DNA of 32,000 nucleotides from Dickeya solani IPO 2222 (GTDB lineage Bacteria; Pseudomonadota; Gammaproteobacteria; Enterobacterales; Enterobacteriaceae): NCBI RefSeq assembly GCF_001644705.1, contig NZ_CP015137.1, positions 2,160,001 to 2,192,000 of the forward strand, read 5' to 3'. Shown piece by piece: positions 1 to 13,354 of this stretch (position 1 is its first letter; each line of letters starts with the position of its first letter). The notes under the pieces were generated by a model. It saw only the letters and a program-made list of their open reading frames with translations, ran no database searches and was not told where the DNA came from. The position numbers and the translations under genes were made by a program.

Positions 1-5
1 TTTGG

Positions 6-181
6 GATCCACGGGCGGTTGTGGGTAACCGCACGGACGGCCCGTATGGAACGCCGGAATTGGTGCATACTATAAGTAGAGCCTGTGGATAAAAAGGATC
101 AAAACTGTGTAGAAAGGGGAGATCTCTGGCGTGGTTTAGGTTATGATCCGCCGTCCCGCTAGCGATCCCAGGATCGGGATC
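6..181. promoter_or_regulatory. dnaA upstream control region with dense GATC (Dam/SeqA) cluster
   Basis: Seven GATC tetramers start at 6, 97, 121, 145, 164, 172 and 178, within about 176 bp directly upstream of dnaA. The E. coli dnaA promoter region is likewise GATC-dense and is sequestered by SeqA. Confidence 0.6.
84..92 (-). promoter_or_regulatory. DnaA box (perfect TTATCCACA on minus strand)
   Basis: TGTGGATAA at 84-92 is the reverse complement of the consensus TTATNCACA. A second 8/9 box, TGTGGGTAA (TTACCCACA), lies at 20-28. The location upstream of dnaA fits autoregulation. Confidence 0.65.
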
Positions 182-319
182 GTCACGGTAAAGCCGCTTT
201 CTGCGCGGCGCACCCCGGCGCAGCCGTATCCATGCGTAGCCGGGTGCCTGAAAAATCATGAGTTACATAACTAACGTCTGTTCCTTTTCTTGATTGACCT
301 TGTTCGAGTGGAGTCCGCC

Positions 320-1708
320 GTGTCACTTTCGCTTTGGCAGCAGTGTCTTGCCCGTTTGCAGGATGAGTTACCTGCCACAGAATTCAGTATGTGGATACGC
401 CCGTTACAGGCGGAACTGAGTGACAACACTCTGGCGCTTTACGCCCCGAATCGTTTTGTACTGGATTGGGTGCGCGATAAATACATCAATAATATCAATG
501 GACTGTTGAATGATTTCTGCGGCATGGATGCGCCGTTACTGCGTTTTGAAGTCGGCAGCAAGCCGATGACGCCTGTTGTTGTTCCAACCGGTCACCACAG
601 CGCTGCCGTACCCGCGCCTCAGGCGCGTGCCGCCTCGCCGGTGCGCCCGAGCTGGGAAACCCCGGTGGCGCTGGCTGAACACACCTATCGTTCCAACGTG
701 AACCCCAAGCATACCTTTGACAACTTCGTGGAAGGTAAGTCCAACCAGCTGGCCCGCGCGGCGGCGCGTCAGGTGGCGGACAATCCCGGCGGCGCTTACA
801 ACCCGCTGTTTCTGTACGGCGGCACTGGTCTGGGTAAAACTCACCTGCTGCACGCGGTGGGCAATGGCATTATGGCCCGCAAGCCGAATGCCAAGGTGGT
901 GTACATGCACTCCGAGCGTTTCGTGCAGGATATGGTCAAGGCGCTGCAGAATAACGCCATCGAAGAATTCAAACGCTATTACCGCTCGGTGGATGCGCTG
1001 CTGATCGATGACATTCAGTTTTTTGCCAATAAAGAGCGTTCGCAGGAAGAGTTTTTCCATACTTTCAACGCATTGTTGGAAGGCAACCAACAGATCATCC
1101 TGACGTCGGATCGTTACCCTAAAGAGATCAACGGGGTGGAAGATCGTCTCAAGTCCCGTTTTGGCTGGGGGTTGACTGTCGCGATCGAGCCGCCGGAGTT
1201 GGAAACCCGCGTGGCGATCCTGATGAAGAAAGCGGACGAAAACGATATTCGCCTGCCGGGCGAAGTAGCGTTTTTTATCGCCAAGCGTCTGCGTTCCAAT
1301 GTGCGTGAGCTGGAAGGCGCGCTGAACCGTGTGATCGCCAACGCCAATTTCACCGGCCGGTCGATCACCATCGATTTTGTGCGCGAAGCGCTGCGCGACC
1401 TGCTGGCGTTGCAGGAAAAGCTGGTCACCATCGACAATATTCAGAAGACGGTGGCGGAGTACTATAAGATTAAAGTGGCCGACCTGTTGTCCAAACGGCG
1501 TTCACGTTCGGTGGCCCGTCCGCGCCAGATGGCGATGGCGCTGGCCAAAGAGCTGACCAACCACAGCCTGCCGGAGATCGGCGACGCGTTCGGTGGCCGT
1601 GACCATACCACCGTGCTGCATGCCTGCCGCAAGATCGAGCAGCTGCGCGAGGAAAGTCACGACATCAAAGAAGATTTTTCCAATTTAATCCGAACCTTAT
1701 CGTCATAA
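320..1708 (+). CDS. dnaA: Chromosomal replication initiator DnaA
   Basis: ORF 290..1708. From codon 11 it matches the E. coli DnaA N-terminus ([32 protein letters not shown]), so I take the GTG at 320 as the start, as in E. coli. Walker [11 protein letters not shown] is present, as is the C-terminal DNA-binding signature [11 protein letters not shown]. Confidence 0.97.
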   Translation: MSLSLWQQCLARLQDELPATEFSMWIRPLQAELSDNTLALYAPNRFVLDWVRDKYINNINGLLNDFCGMDAPLLRFEVGSKPMTPVVVPTGHHSAAVPAPQARAASPVRPSWETPVALAEHTYRSNVNPKHTFDNFVEGKSNQLARAAARQVADNPGGAYNPLFLYGGTGLGKTHLLHAVGNGIMARKPNAKVVYMHSERFVQDMVKALQNNAIEEFKRYYRSVDALLIDDIQFFANKERSQEEFFHTFNALLEGNQQIILTSDRYPKEINGVEDRLKSRFGWGLTVAIEPPELETRVAILMKKADENDIRLPGEVAFFIAKRLRSNVRELEGALNRVIANANFTGRSITIDFVREALRDLLALQEKLVTIDNIQKTVAEYYKIKVADLLSKRRSRSVARPRQMAMALAKELTNHSLPEIGDAFGGRDHTTVLHACRKIEQLREESHDIKEDFSNLIRTLSS

Positions 1709-1712
1709 CATC

Positions 1713-2813
1713 ATGAAATTTATCGTTGAGCGTGAGCATCTGTTAAAACCGTTGCAACAGGTCAGCAGCCCGCTGGGCGGGCGACCGACGTTGCCGATTC
1801 TGGGCAACCTGTTGTTGCAGGTCAGCGAAGGCCGGTTATCGCTGACCGGTACCGATCTGGAAATGGAGATGGTGGCGCATTTGGCGCTGACGCAGCCCCA
1901 TGAACCGGGCGCGACTACCGTTCCGGCCCGCAAGCTGTTCGATATTTGCCGTGGTCTGCCGGATGGCGCAGAGATTTCCGTCACCCTGGAAGGGGATCGG
2001 ATGCTGGTGCGTTCCGGGCGTAGCCGTTTCTCTCTGTCCACGCTGCCGGCGGCGGACTTCCCCAATCTGGACGACTGGCAGAGCGAGGTGGAATTTACCT
2101 TGCCGCAGGTGACGCTGAAACGTCTGATCGAAGCCACTCAGTTCTCGATGGCGCATCAGGATGTGCGTTACTACCTGAATGGCATGCTGTTTGAAACCGG
2201 CGGCGAAGAACTGCGCACCGTGGCGACCGACGGTCACCGTCTGGCGGTGTGCGCCATGCCGGTCGGGCAGTCGCTGCCGTCGCATTCGGTGATCGTGCCG
2301 CGTAAAGGGGTGATGGAACTGGTGCGTCTGCTGGATGGCGGCGATACGCCGCTGCAATTGCAGATTGGCAGCAATAATATCCGCGCTCATGTCGGCGATT
2401 TTATCTTTACCTCCAAACTGGTGGATGGCCGCTTCCCGGATTACCGCCGTGTGCTGCCGAAAAACCCGGACAAAACGCTGGAAGCAAGCTGCGACCTGCT
2501 GCGTCAGGCGTTCTCCCGTGCGGCGATCCTGTCGAACGAGAAATTCCGCGGCGTGCGGCTGTACCTGAACCAGAACCAGTTGCGTATCACCGCCAACAAC
2601 CCGGAACAGGAAGAGGCGGAAGAGATTCTGGATGTGGAATACGGCGGCACGGAGATGGAAATCGGTTTTAACGTCAGCTATGTGCTGGATGTGCTCAACG
2701 CGCTGAAATGCGAAGACGTGCGTCTGCTGCTGACCGATTCGGTATCCAGTGTCCAGATCGAGGATGCGGCCAGTCAGGCGGCGGCCTACGTGGTCATGCC
2801 GATGCGTCTATAA
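1713..2813 (+). CDS. dnaN: DNA polymerase III beta sliding clamp
   Basis: MKFIVEREHLLKPLQQVSSPLGGRPTLPILGNLLLQV is nearly identical to the E. coli DnaN N-terminus. The product is 366 aa and the gene starts 4 nt after the dnaA stop. Confidence 0.97.
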   Translation: MKFIVEREHLLKPLQQVSSPLGGRPTLPILGNLLLQVSEGRLSLTGTDLEMEMVAHLALTQPHEPGATTVPARKLFDICRGLPDGAEISVTLEGDRMLVRSGRSRFSLSTLPAADFPNLDDWQSEVEFTLPQVTLKRLIEATQFSMAHQDVRYYLNGMLFETGGEELRTVATDGHRLAVCAMPVGQSLPSHSVIVPRKGVMELVRLLDGGDTPLQLQIGSNNIRAHVGDFIFTSKLVDGRFPDYRRVLPKNPDKTLEASCDLLRQAFSRAAILSNEKFRGVRLYLNQNQLRITANNPEQEEAEEILDVEYGGTEMEIGFNVSYVLDVLNALKCEDVRLLLTDSVSSVQIEDAASQAAAYVVMPMRL

Positions 2814-2848
2814 TCCCGAGCGGCGGGTGTCCGCGTTTGCCCGTTTTC

Positions 2849-2876
2849 ACACGCCGCGCCATCAGGTGCGGCGTGT
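2849..2876 (+). other. Strong hairpin in the dnaN-recF spacer (possible attenuator or RNA-stability element)
   Basis: ACACGCCGC (2849-2857) pairs with GCGGCGTGT (2868-2876). Pairing can extend to about 12 bp around an ATCA loop. The hairpin is followed by TGTTATC, not a clean U-tract. Confidence 0.4.
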
Positions 2877-2949
2877 TGTTATCGGGAGGGCGGCGTGAGG
2901 GTGTAAAAACGTCCGGCATGGACAAGAAATCAAGCAGAATGGTTGTGAC

Positions 2950-6464
<3,515 letters not shown>

Positions 6465-6490
6465 TCGGCGTTTTTCCGCCTGATGACCCA

Positions 6491-6526
6491 CAGAAACCCG
6501 CGTCTGACGCGGGTTTCTGCTTTTTT
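6491..6526 (+). terminator. Rho-independent terminator after gyrB
   Basis: A 12-bp perfect stem, CAGAAACCCGCG (6491-6502) with CGCGGGTTTCTG (6508-6519), has loop TCTGA and is followed by CTTTTTT. It sits between convergent gyrB and the MFS gene. Confidence 0.85.
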
Positions 6527-6539
6527 AACCCCACATTTC

Positions 6540-7727
6540 TTACGCGGTCAGCGCCCGCTGCCGGGTGCTGTACAGTTCCTGCGCCAGCGCCATCACGGCG
6601 GTCACCACCATAAAAATCACCGCCGACCAGAAAATGGCGGAAGGATGACCCTGATCCAGTAACCAGCCAAACACCACCGGGCCGCCGGCGCCGCCGATAT
6701 TGAAACCGGTCGTGACCACACCGAACACCCGGCCTTCGGCGCCGGCCGGCGAGGCGTTGCGCACCAGCATATCCCGCGATGGCGCAATAATACCGGAAAG
6801 AAAACCGGCGACGGCCAGAATCAGGATGGTTGCCAGCGAAGGCAGCGTATACATCGCCACGATGGCGACCAGCACGGCGGTGATGACCAGCGAGCCGGTG
6901 GCGACCATACCGTGATGCCGGGTTTTATCCGCCAGTGAGCCGCCCGCCAGCACACCGAACGCGCTGGTGAACAGAAACGCGGTCAGTGCCAGGTTGGCTT
7001 CGGTCAGCGGCATACCGTAACCGTTCACCAGTGCGGTAACCGAGAAATTCTGAATCGAGTTGGTGCTGAGGTTGAGCAGCATGAACAGTACCAGCAACGA
7101 CAGAATCGGCAGGGTGAACACCGCCACCTTCGGCGTCTGGCTGTGCTTATTCTGTGCGGCGGCGGAGGGGAGCGTTTCCCGTTCGCCCAGCAACATCGGC
7201 ACGGTCAGCAGCCCGAATATCCCGGACAATACAAACGCGAGTTCGATGCTGGTGACGGACGCGACCGCCAGCAGTACAGCGGGGGCGACGGCGGTACCGA
7301 GGAAACCGGAAAAGGTGTGGACCGAGAAGGCGCGCCCCATCCGGTTTTCCGCGATGCCACGCGACAACAGCGCGTAATCGGCCGGATGATAGACCGCGTT
7401 GGCCAGCCCCGCCAGCGCCATGGCGATCAGCATCCAACTGTAGCTGGTAAAAAGGCCGAGCGACAGAAAGCACAGGCTGCCCAGCGTCAGCCCGGCAATC
7501 AGCGTGCGGCGTGGCCCGATGCGGTCGACGGCAAAGCCGATCGGCGTCTGCACAATAGCGGAGACAACGTTGAACACGCCGAGTGCAATACCGATTTCCA
7601 CGTAACTGATGCCGCGCTGCGCAGAGATCAGCGGCATCAGCGCCGGTAGCACCATCATGTGAAAATGACTAACCCAGTGAGCAGCGGAGACTTGTGCCAG
7701 TAATGGTAACTTGTTTATTTTCATCAT
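6540..7727 (-). CDS. MFS transporter, substrate unknown
   Basis: A 395-aa highly hydrophobic protein with about 12 predicted TM stretches. It carries the MFS loop 2-3 type motif (GFAVDRIGPRRTLIAGL). Confidence 0.8.
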   Translation of the reverse strand: MMKINKLPLLAQVSAAHWVSHFHMMVLPALMPLISAQRGISYVEIGIALGVFNVVSAIVQTPIGFAVDRIGPRRTLIAGLTLGSLCFLSLGLFTSYSWMLIAMALAGLANAVYHPADYALLSRGIAENRMGRAFSVHTFSGFLGTAVAPAVLLAVASVTSIELAFVLSGIFGLLTVPMLLGERETLPSAAAQNKHSQTPKVAVFTLPILSLLVLFMLLNLSTNSIQNFSVTALVNGYGMPLTEANLALTAFLFTSAFGVLAGGSLADKTRHHGMVATGSLVITAVLVAIVAMYTLPSLATILILAVAGFLSGIIAPSRDMLVRNASPAGAEGRVFGVVTTGFNIGGAGGPVVFGWLLDQGHPSAIFWSAVIFMVVTAVMALAQELYSTRQRALTA

Positions 7728-7919
7728 TATTTTAATAGATTAAATGCGCGGGCGCGCAAGGACGAATTCAGCAATAAGGCTAACATATCGCCAGAACGGT
7801 TAGCCGTCTATTTTTTATGGATGAAGGTTTTAAAATTAGAAAGGATGTAACAGGACCGTCGATGGCGGAAACCACGGCATCTGGCTGCCGCTGCTAAAAA
7901 GCGCAGCCAGAACCGGGTG

Positions 7920-8672
7920 TTACTCCGTCAGCGGCAGATAAAAATCAAACCGGTGGCTTTTGGTTTCCAACGCGGACTGGGCGGGTACACCTGCCAGCGG
8001 CGGCGCGTAGTCCGGGCGTTTGACCACTACCCGCTTTTTCGCCAGACGGCGTGCCGGCGCCAGCAGGGCATCGGCGTCATCGTCGGCGCCCACCAGCGTC
8101 TGGAATACCCGCATCTCCTTTTTCACCAGCGCGCTTTTCTGACGATGGGGAAACATCGGGTCGAGGTAGACCACGTCCGGCGGCGGGGTGATAGCGGACA
8201 ACGCATCGATGCTGGACGCGTGCACCAGCGTCAGGCGCTCGCGCAGCCAGCCGCCGATTTCCGGGTCCTGATAGCCGCGCTGTAAGCCGTCGTCCAGCAG
8301 TGCGGCGACCACCGGGTGGCGTTCCACCATCCGCACCCGGCAACCGAGCGCCGCCAGCACAAAGGCGTCGCGGCCAAGACCGGCGGTGGCGTCCACCACG
8401 TCGGGCAGGTAATCCTTTTTAATACCGACCGCTTTGGCGACCGCTTCGCCGCGTCCACCGCCGAAACGGCGACGGTGCGCCATCGCGCCGGCGGCGAAAT
8501 CCACGCAGATGGCGCCCAGTTTTGGCTCGTCGCATTTACGCAGTTCCAGCCGTTCGGGGGTGAGCACCAGCGCCAGCGATGCGGCGGCGTCGTTCTCCAG
8601 CCCCCAGCGCCGGGCCAGTACCGCCAGCGCCTCGGGGTCGGCGCCGGCTTCGGTCAGTAACCCAATTTTCAT
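7920..8672 (-). CDS. rsmJ: 16S rRNA (guanine1516-N2)-methyltransferase RsmJ (YhiQ)
   Basis: The 250-aa product is colinear with E. coli RsmJ ([40 protein letters not shown]...[23 protein letters not shown]). The start overlaps the prlC stop (ATGA at 8669-8672), matching the E. coli prlC-yhiQ operon. Confidence 0.93.
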   Translation of the reverse strand: MKIGLLTEAGADPEALAVLARRWGLENDAAASLALVLTPERLELRKCDEPKLGAICVDFAAGAMAHRRRFGGGRGEAVAKAVGIKKDYLPDVVDATAGLGRDAFVLAALGCRVRMVERHPVVAALLDDGLQRGYQDPEIGGWLRERLTLVHASSIDALSAITPPPDVVYLDPMFPHRQKSALVKKEMRVFQTLVGADDDADALLAPARRLAKKRVVVKRPDYAPPLAGVPAQSALETKSHRFDFYLPLTE

Positions 8673-10711
8673 TCCTGAATGCCGTAGTGTTTCAGCATGG
8701 CGTCCAGTTTAGGCTCACGACCGCGGAAGCGTTTGAACAGTACCATCGGCTCTTCGGAACCGCCGCGGGACAGAATGTTCTCCAGGAACGACAAGCCGGT
8801 GTCGCGGTTAAAAATGCCTTCCTCTTCAAAGCGGGAGAAGGCGTCCGCCGCCAGCACGTCGGCCCACAGGTAGCTGTAGTAACCCGCGGCGTAACCGCCG
8901 GCGAAGATGTGGCTGAAGGAGTGCGTGAAGCGGTTCCATTCCGGGCTTTTCACCACGGAAACCTGCGCTTTCACCTCCGCCAGCGTCTCCAGCACGCGCG
9001 CGCCTTTGGCCGGGTCATAACCGGCGTGCAGGCGGAAATCGAACAGGCCTAATTCCAGCTGACGCAGGATGAACAGCGCCGCCTGATAATTCTTGGCGGC
9101 CAGCATCTTGTCCAGCATCGCCTGCGGTAACGGCTCGCCGGTTTCGTAGTGACCGGAAATAAACGCCAGCGCGTCCGGCTCCCAGCACCAGTTTTCCATA
9201 AACTGGCTCGGCAGTTCGACGGCATCCCACGGCACGCCGTTGATGCCGGACACCCCGGCGGTGTCGATGCGGGTCAGCATGTGGTGCAACCCGTGACCGA
9301 ATTCGTGGAACAGAGTGGTGACTTCGTCGTGGGTAAACAGCGCCGGTTTGCCGTTGATCGGGCGGTTGAAGTTACAGGTCAGGTACGCCACCGGTTTTTG
9401 CAGCTCGCCGTTGGCTTTGCCCAGACGACCGACGCAGTCGTCCATCCAGGCGCCGCCGCGTTTGTGCTCACGGGCGTACAGGTCAAGGTAGAAGCTGCCC
9501 AGCAATTCGCCGCTGTCGTTAAACAGGTCGAAGAAACGCACTTCCGGATGCCAGACGTCGACGCCCTGACGCGCTTTGGCGGTGATGCCGTAAATGCGTT
9601 TTACCACTTCGAACAGCCCTTCCAGTACGCGCGGTTCCGGGAAGTAAGGGCGCAGCAGCTCATCGCTGATGGAATACCGGTGCTGTTTCTGCTGTTCGGC
9701 GTAGTAGGTGATGTCCCACGGGTTCAGTTCCCCGACGCCGAAATGTTCTTTGGCGAACGCGCGCAGTTGCGCCAGTTCCTGTTCCCCCTGTGGTCGGGCG
9801 CGTTTGGCCAGATCGGTCAGGAAGTCCAGTACCTGCTGCGGGTTTTCCGCCATCTTGGTGGCCAGCGATTTGTCTGCGAAGCTGGCGAAGCCCAGCAACT
9901 GCGCCAGTTCATGGCGCAGCGCCAGCGTTTCCGCCATTAGGTCGCTGTTGTCCCACTTACCCGCGTTCGGGCCTTGCTCGGACGCACGGGTCACGTAGGC
10001 GCGGTACATCTCTTCGCGCAGCGCCTGATTGGAACAGTAGGTCATCACCGGCAGGTAACTCGGGATATCCAGCGTCAACAGCCAGCCTTGCTGCTCTTTG
10101 GCTTCCGCCAGCGCCTTGGCTGCCGCCAGGGCGCTTTCCGGCATACCGGCCAGTTCGTTGACGTCGGTGATCAGTTTGGTCCAGCCCATGGTGGCGTCCA
10201 GCACATTGTTGCTGAATTGCGAACCCAGTTCGGACAGACGGGAAGCGATGTCGCCGTAGCGTTTCTGTTGCTCCGGCGGCAGCGCAATCCCGGACAGCTC
10301 AAAGTCGCGCAGGGCGTTATCCACCGCTTTTTTCTGCGCCACGCTCAGGCCGGCGTAGTGCTCGCCGTCATGCAGGTCGCGGTAGGCGCGGTATAACCCG
10401 GCGTGCTGACCCACCCAGGTGCCGTATTCGGACAACAGCGGCAGACACTGTTCATAGGCGCTGCGCAGTTCCGGGCTGTTTTTGACTGAATTCAGGTGGC
10501 TGACCGGCGAGAAAATCCGCCCCAGCCGATCATCACTTTCCGCCAGCGGCTGACACAGGTTATCCCAGGTGAACGGGCCCGGCTGCGCTACGACGCGTTC
10601 GACAGTCTGACGACAGTCGTCCAGTGCGGCCTGCACGGCAGGAAGGATGTGTTCAATCTGGATCTGGGAGAACGGCGGCAGGGTAAACGAGGAAAGTAAT
10701 GGATTGGTCAT
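8669..10711 (-). CDS. prlC: Oligopeptidase A (M3 family zinc metallopeptidase)
   Basis: 680 aa with the zinc motif HEFGHGLHH. The full length resembles E. coli PrlC/OpdA, and synteny with rsmJ is conserved. Confidence 0.95.
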   Translation of the reverse strand: MTNPLLSSFTLPPFSQIQIEHILPAVQAALDDCRQTVERVVAQPGPFTWDNLCQPLAESDDRLGRIFSPVSHLNSVKNSPELRSAYEQCLPLLSEYGTWVGQHAGLYRAYRDLHDGEHYAGLSVAQKKAVDNALRDFELSGIALPPEQQKRYGDIASRLSELGSQFSNNVLDATMGWTKLITDVNELAGMPESALAAAKALAEAKEQQGWLLTLDIPSYLPVMTYCSNQALREEMYRAYVTRASEQGPNAGKWDNSDLMAETLALRHELAQLLGFASFADKSLATKMAENPQQVLDFLTDLAKRARPQGEQELAQLRAFAKEHFGVGELNPWDITYYAEQQKQHRYSISDELLRPYFPEPRVLEGLFEVVKRIYGITAKARQGVDVWHPEVRFFDLFNDSGELLGSFYLDLYAREHKRGGAWMDDCVGRLGKANGELQKPVAYLTCNFNRPINGKPALFTHDEVTTLFHEFGHGLHHMLTRIDTAGVSGINGVPWDAVELPSQFMENWCWEPDALAFISGHYETGEPLPQAMLDKMLAAKNYQAALFILRQLELGLFDFRLHAGYDPAKGARVLETLAEVKAQVSVVKSPEWNRFTHSFSHIFAGGYAAGYYSYLWADVLAADAFSRFEEEGIFNRDTGLSFLENILSRGGSEEPMVLFKRFRGREPKLDAMLKHYGIQE

Positions 10712-10782
10712 GGCACAGTCCTGAAATGTAGTGATGATGATTTAACATGGGGGGGAATGAGGGGAAAATCAATGGCCGGGGG

Positions 10783-10862
10783 CACAATCGCACAACACCA
10801 CAATCACACAACACCACAATCACACAGCACCCTAATCGCACAACATCCTAATCGCGCCGCGC
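10783..10862. repeat. 16-bp tandem repeat, about 5 units, upstream of prlC
   Basis: Abutting units are CACAATCGCACAACAC, CACAATCACACAACAC, CACAATCACACAGCAC, CCTAATCGCACAACAT and CCTAATCGCGCCGCGC, decaying toward the right. The array lies 72 bp upstream of the prlC start. Confidence 0.9.
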
Positions 10863-10915
10863 CAGCCGAAAAAAGCGTCGTTCATCGCAGCACAGGCGAA
10901 GGAGCTTAGGCTGCG

Positions 10916-11224
10916 TTACGCATCATTACGGGACACAACCTGGGATGACTGGTCATAACCGGCGTAAAACCATGCCACCAACGACGGGTTGCTGACATCG
11001 GTAAAGAACTCCGCCACGATATCGCGCATTAGCCCGTAACGGCGGCACAACTGCCCGGCTTCAAACGCAGCCTGCTGCCTGCCCCGTTGTGAGGCCCGTT
11101 GATGCGCGTAACCGCAGACGTAGCCGCGGCGGTAATCATCGCAGTAATGACGGATGTCGCTCATTGATTGCGGCGTGGAGGCTTGCAACCCTGCCAGAAT
11201 ACCGTCGCCAAAGTGGTTTTTCAT
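10916..11224 (-). CDS. Small conserved hypothetical protein, YghW-like (DUF2623-type)
   Basis: 102 aa. The pattern M.NHFG.G..AGL...YC.DY.RG.V.GY.H...EAG...RRYGL...FF...AGY matches my recollection of E. coli YghW. No function is known. The family assignment is from memory only. Confidence 0.5.
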   Translation of the reverse strand: MKNHFGDGILAGLQASTPQSMSDIRHYCDDYRRGYVCGYAHQRASQRGRQQAAFEAGQLCRRYGLMRDIVAEFFTDVSNPSLVAWFYAGYDQSSQVVSRNDA

Positions 11225-11395
11225 GAAGGTCGTTTCCGGGTAGTCGATATATAAATGATTATATATCGAAAAAGTCCTGTTATTGCAGTACCGGATGACG
11301 GATCGCCGAGATTGTCGGGTTATTTTGCGTCGCTAACCGTTTATACTGTGGTAATTAGCGGCAAACGCGCCCCATTGACCGGAAATCCACACTTT

Positions 11396-12238
11396 ATGCT
11401 GAGTTACCGCCACAGTTTTCATGCCGGCAATCATGCCGACGTGCTGAAACACACCGTCCAGAGCCTGATCATTACCGCGCTGAAAGAGAAGGACAAACCG
11501 TTCCTGTATCTGGATACGCATTCCGGCGCGGGCCGTTATCAGCTGCAGAGCGAGCACGCCGAGCGCACCGGCGAATACCTCGACGGCATTGGCCGCATCT
11601 GGCAGCGGGACGATATTCCGGCGGAACTGGAACCGTACATGCAAGTCGTGCGTTCCTATAATTCCGGCGACAAGCTGCGCTATTACCCTGGTTCGCCGCT
11701 GATTGCCCGCCAACTGCTGCGCGAGCAGGACAATATTCATCTCACCGAGCTGCACCCCTCCGATTTTCCGCTGTTGCGCCAGGAGTTTCTGCGTGACGAC
11801 CGGGCGCGGGTGGTGCGCGAGGACGGCTACCAGCAGTTGAAAGCTCAGTTGCCGCCGCCGTCGCGTCGCGGGCTGATTCTGATCGACCCGCCGTATGAAC
11901 TGAAAACCGATTATCAGGCGGTGGTGAACGGCATTCAGGAAGGCTATCGTCGCTTTGCCACCGGCGTGTTCGCGCTGTGGTATCCGGTGGTGCTGCGTCA
12001 GCATATCAAACGCCTGCTCAAAGACCTGGAAGGCACCGGTATCCGCCGTATCCTGCAAATCGAACTGGCGGTGCTGCCGGACAGCGATCGTCACGGCATG
12101 ACCGCCTCCGGCATGATTGTCATCAACCCGCCGTGGAAGCTGGAATCCCAAATGAAAAGCGTGCTGCCGTGGCTGCATCAGGCGCTGGTGCCTGCCGGCA
12201 CCGGCCACACGCGCGTTGAGTGGGTCGTGCCGGAATAA
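11396..12238 (+). CDS. rlmJ: 23S rRNA (adenine2030-N6)-methyltransferase RlmJ (YhiR)
   Basis: The ORF opens at 11255, but the ATG at 11396 gives MLSYRHSFHAGNHADVLKHTVQSLII, the E. coli RlmJ N-terminus (about 280 aa). The DPPY catalytic motif (LILIDPPYE) is present. Confidence 0.93.
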   Translation: MLSYRHSFHAGNHADVLKHTVQSLIITALKEKDKPFLYLDTHSGAGRYQLQSEHAERTGEYLDGIGRIWQRDDIPAELEPYMQVVRSYNSGDKLRYYPGSPLIARQLLREQDNIHLTELHPSDFPLLRQEFLRDDRARVVREDGYQQLKAQLPPPSRRGLILIDPPYELKTDYQAVVNGIQEGYRRFATGVFALWYPVVLRQHIKRLLKDLEGTGIRRILQIELAVLPDSDRHGMTASGMIVINPPWKLESQMKSVLPWLHQALVPAGTGHTRVEWVVPE

Positions 12239-12263
12239 ACCCTTTTCTATATTTTCTATATTG

Positions 12264-12295
12264 GCTCTAAGCACCTATTCATAGGCGCTTAGAGC
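12264..12295. terminator. Hairpin between convergent rlmJ and rbn (probable bidirectional terminator)
   Basis: GCTCTAAGCACCTAT (12264-12278) pairs with ATAGGCGCTTAGAGC (12281-12295), 14 of 15 positions. There is no clear U-tract on either side. Confidence 0.5.
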
Positions 12296-12304
12296 TGCCC
12301 GACG

Positions 12305-13219
12305 CTATACCCGGAAGGTGGCGAGATCGGTGGCGACCTCGGTAGCCGGGAACAGCGTCTGACATTCCTGACGCAGCCGTTCCAGGTCCTCCTGACCGTA
12401 GCGGGCGCTGAAATGGGTGATGATCAACCGTTTGGCGCCGGCGTCCCGCGCGGCGGCGGCGGTTTGCAGGGTGGTGGAATGCCCGCGTTCGTTGGCGCGC
12501 TCCGCCATCGCCCCTTCCAGCGTGGCTTCGTGCACCATCACATCGACACCGGCGGCCAGTTTGAGCGCTTCCGGCGTCGGGCGGGTATCACCGAAGATCG
12601 CCAGCGACTTGCCCGGCAGGCCGGGGCCGACGTAATCCCAGCCGTTCAGCTCCCGCCCGTCGTCCAGCGTCACCGTTTCCCCGCGTTTTAACTGCTGGAA
12701 ATAGGCACCGGGTTTGATGCCCTCCGCCGCCAGTTTATCCACATCCAGCGGACCCGGTTTGGGGCGCTCTTCAATGCGGTATCCCACGCAATACAGGGTG
12801 TGCGACAGTTCATGCGCCGTTACCCGCAACTGACGGTCCTCACACACCGTACCGGGAACGACCTCCACCACCTCCAGCGGATAAGTGAGCCAGGAGCCGC
12901 TCAGCGCAAGTGTGGTTTCGACGAAGGTTTTCAGCCCGGCCGGGCCGTAGAGCGTCAGCGGTGTTTCGATGCCCGCCATGGATCGCGAGCAAAGTAGGCC
13001 GGGCAGCCCGAACAGATGATCGCCGTGCAAATGGGTGATGAAAATCTTCTCCAGCTTGCCGGGTTTGACCGGGGTGCGCAGAATCTGGTGCTGGGTGCCT
13101 TCACCGCAGTCAAACAGCCAGAACGCCGGGCGAATGCCGTGCAGATCGAGCGCGATGCTGGTGACGTTACGCTCTTTGGTGGGCACGCCGGCGTTGGTGC
13201 CGAGAAAAATCAGTTCCAT
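12305..13219 (-). CDS. rbn: Ribonuclease BN / RNase Z (metallo-beta-lactamase fold)
   Basis: [26 protein letters not shown]...[21 protein letters not shown] is colinear with E. coli Rbn/ElaC (304 vs 305 aa). A GGAG RBS lies upstream of the ATG. Confidence 0.93.
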   Translation of the reverse strand: MELIFLGTNAGVPTKERNVTSIALDLHGIRPAFWLFDCGEGTQHQILRTPVKPGKLEKIFITHLHGDHLFGLPGLLCSRSMAGIETPLTLYGPAGLKTFVETTLALSGSWLTYPLEVVEVVPGTVCEDRQLRVTAHELSHTLYCVGYRIEERPKPGPLDVDKLAAEGIKPGAYFQQLKRGETVTLDDGRELNGWDYVGPGLPGKSLAIFGDTRPTPEALKLAAGVDVMVHEATLEGAMAERANERGHSTTLQTAAAARDAGAKRLIITHFSARYGQEDLERLRQECQTLFPATEVATDLATFRV

Positions 13220-13354
13220 GCAACGCTCCGAAAATTAACCTGTTTTTTTCACACTGCGTCATTTTACCTATCGCACCGATTTTCAAAACCGTTGCGAACC
13301 GCTGCGCATTTCTTCATACAATCCCGCTTTCTGTCTTTGCCGGATACCGATTGC

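Noticed and set aside
1-289. oriC at the start of the window.
   Set aside because: Only two DnaA boxes are present, with no AT-rich 13-mer DUE array. In enterobacteria oriC lies near mnmG/mioC, not immediately upstream of dnaA. This region is the dnaA promoter.
290-319. N-terminal extensions offered by the ORF track for dnaA (290), gyrB (4050), rlmJ (11255), the lyase (17955) and the ATP-grasp gene (27228).
   Set aside because: Internal starts reproduce the conserved N-termini of the families and have better RBSs: GTG 320, ATG 4053, ATG 11396, ATG 17814 with GGGAGGG, and ATG 27411 with AGGGAGA. The 27228 extension would also overlap the upstream gene by 160 nt.
536-1090. Long antisense or overlapping ORFs inside well-supported genes (for example 536-1090 -, 1836-2390 -, 2794-3468 -, 4431-5570 -, 9149-9940 +, 11333-12274 -, 14143-14925 -, 16909-17565 +, 28215-29147 -, 29996-30745 -).
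   Set aside because: These are typical GC-rich shadow ORFs. Their translations are Arg/Gly/His/Gln-rich and low in complexity. They lack RBS context. In every case the opposite or alternative frame encodes a protein with clear family motifs.
7778-7816. Terminator-like hairpin on the + strand (GGCTAAC...GTTAGCC, then GTCTATTTTTT) with no upstream + strand gene, possibly an sRNA end. A nearby inverted repeat CTGGCTGC...GCAGCCAG (7881-7910) follows the rsmJ stop.
   Set aside because: The stems are short (7-8 bp) with 14-nt loops. The T-run is offset from the stem, and no promoter is evident. This is not enough to call an sRNA or terminator.
10783-10862. Whether any of the three tandem arrays (10783, 13355, 25701) is a CRISPR array.
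   Set aside because: The units abut directly with no unique spacers. They are only 16-20 bp long and there are five or fewer copies. No cas genes are in the window.
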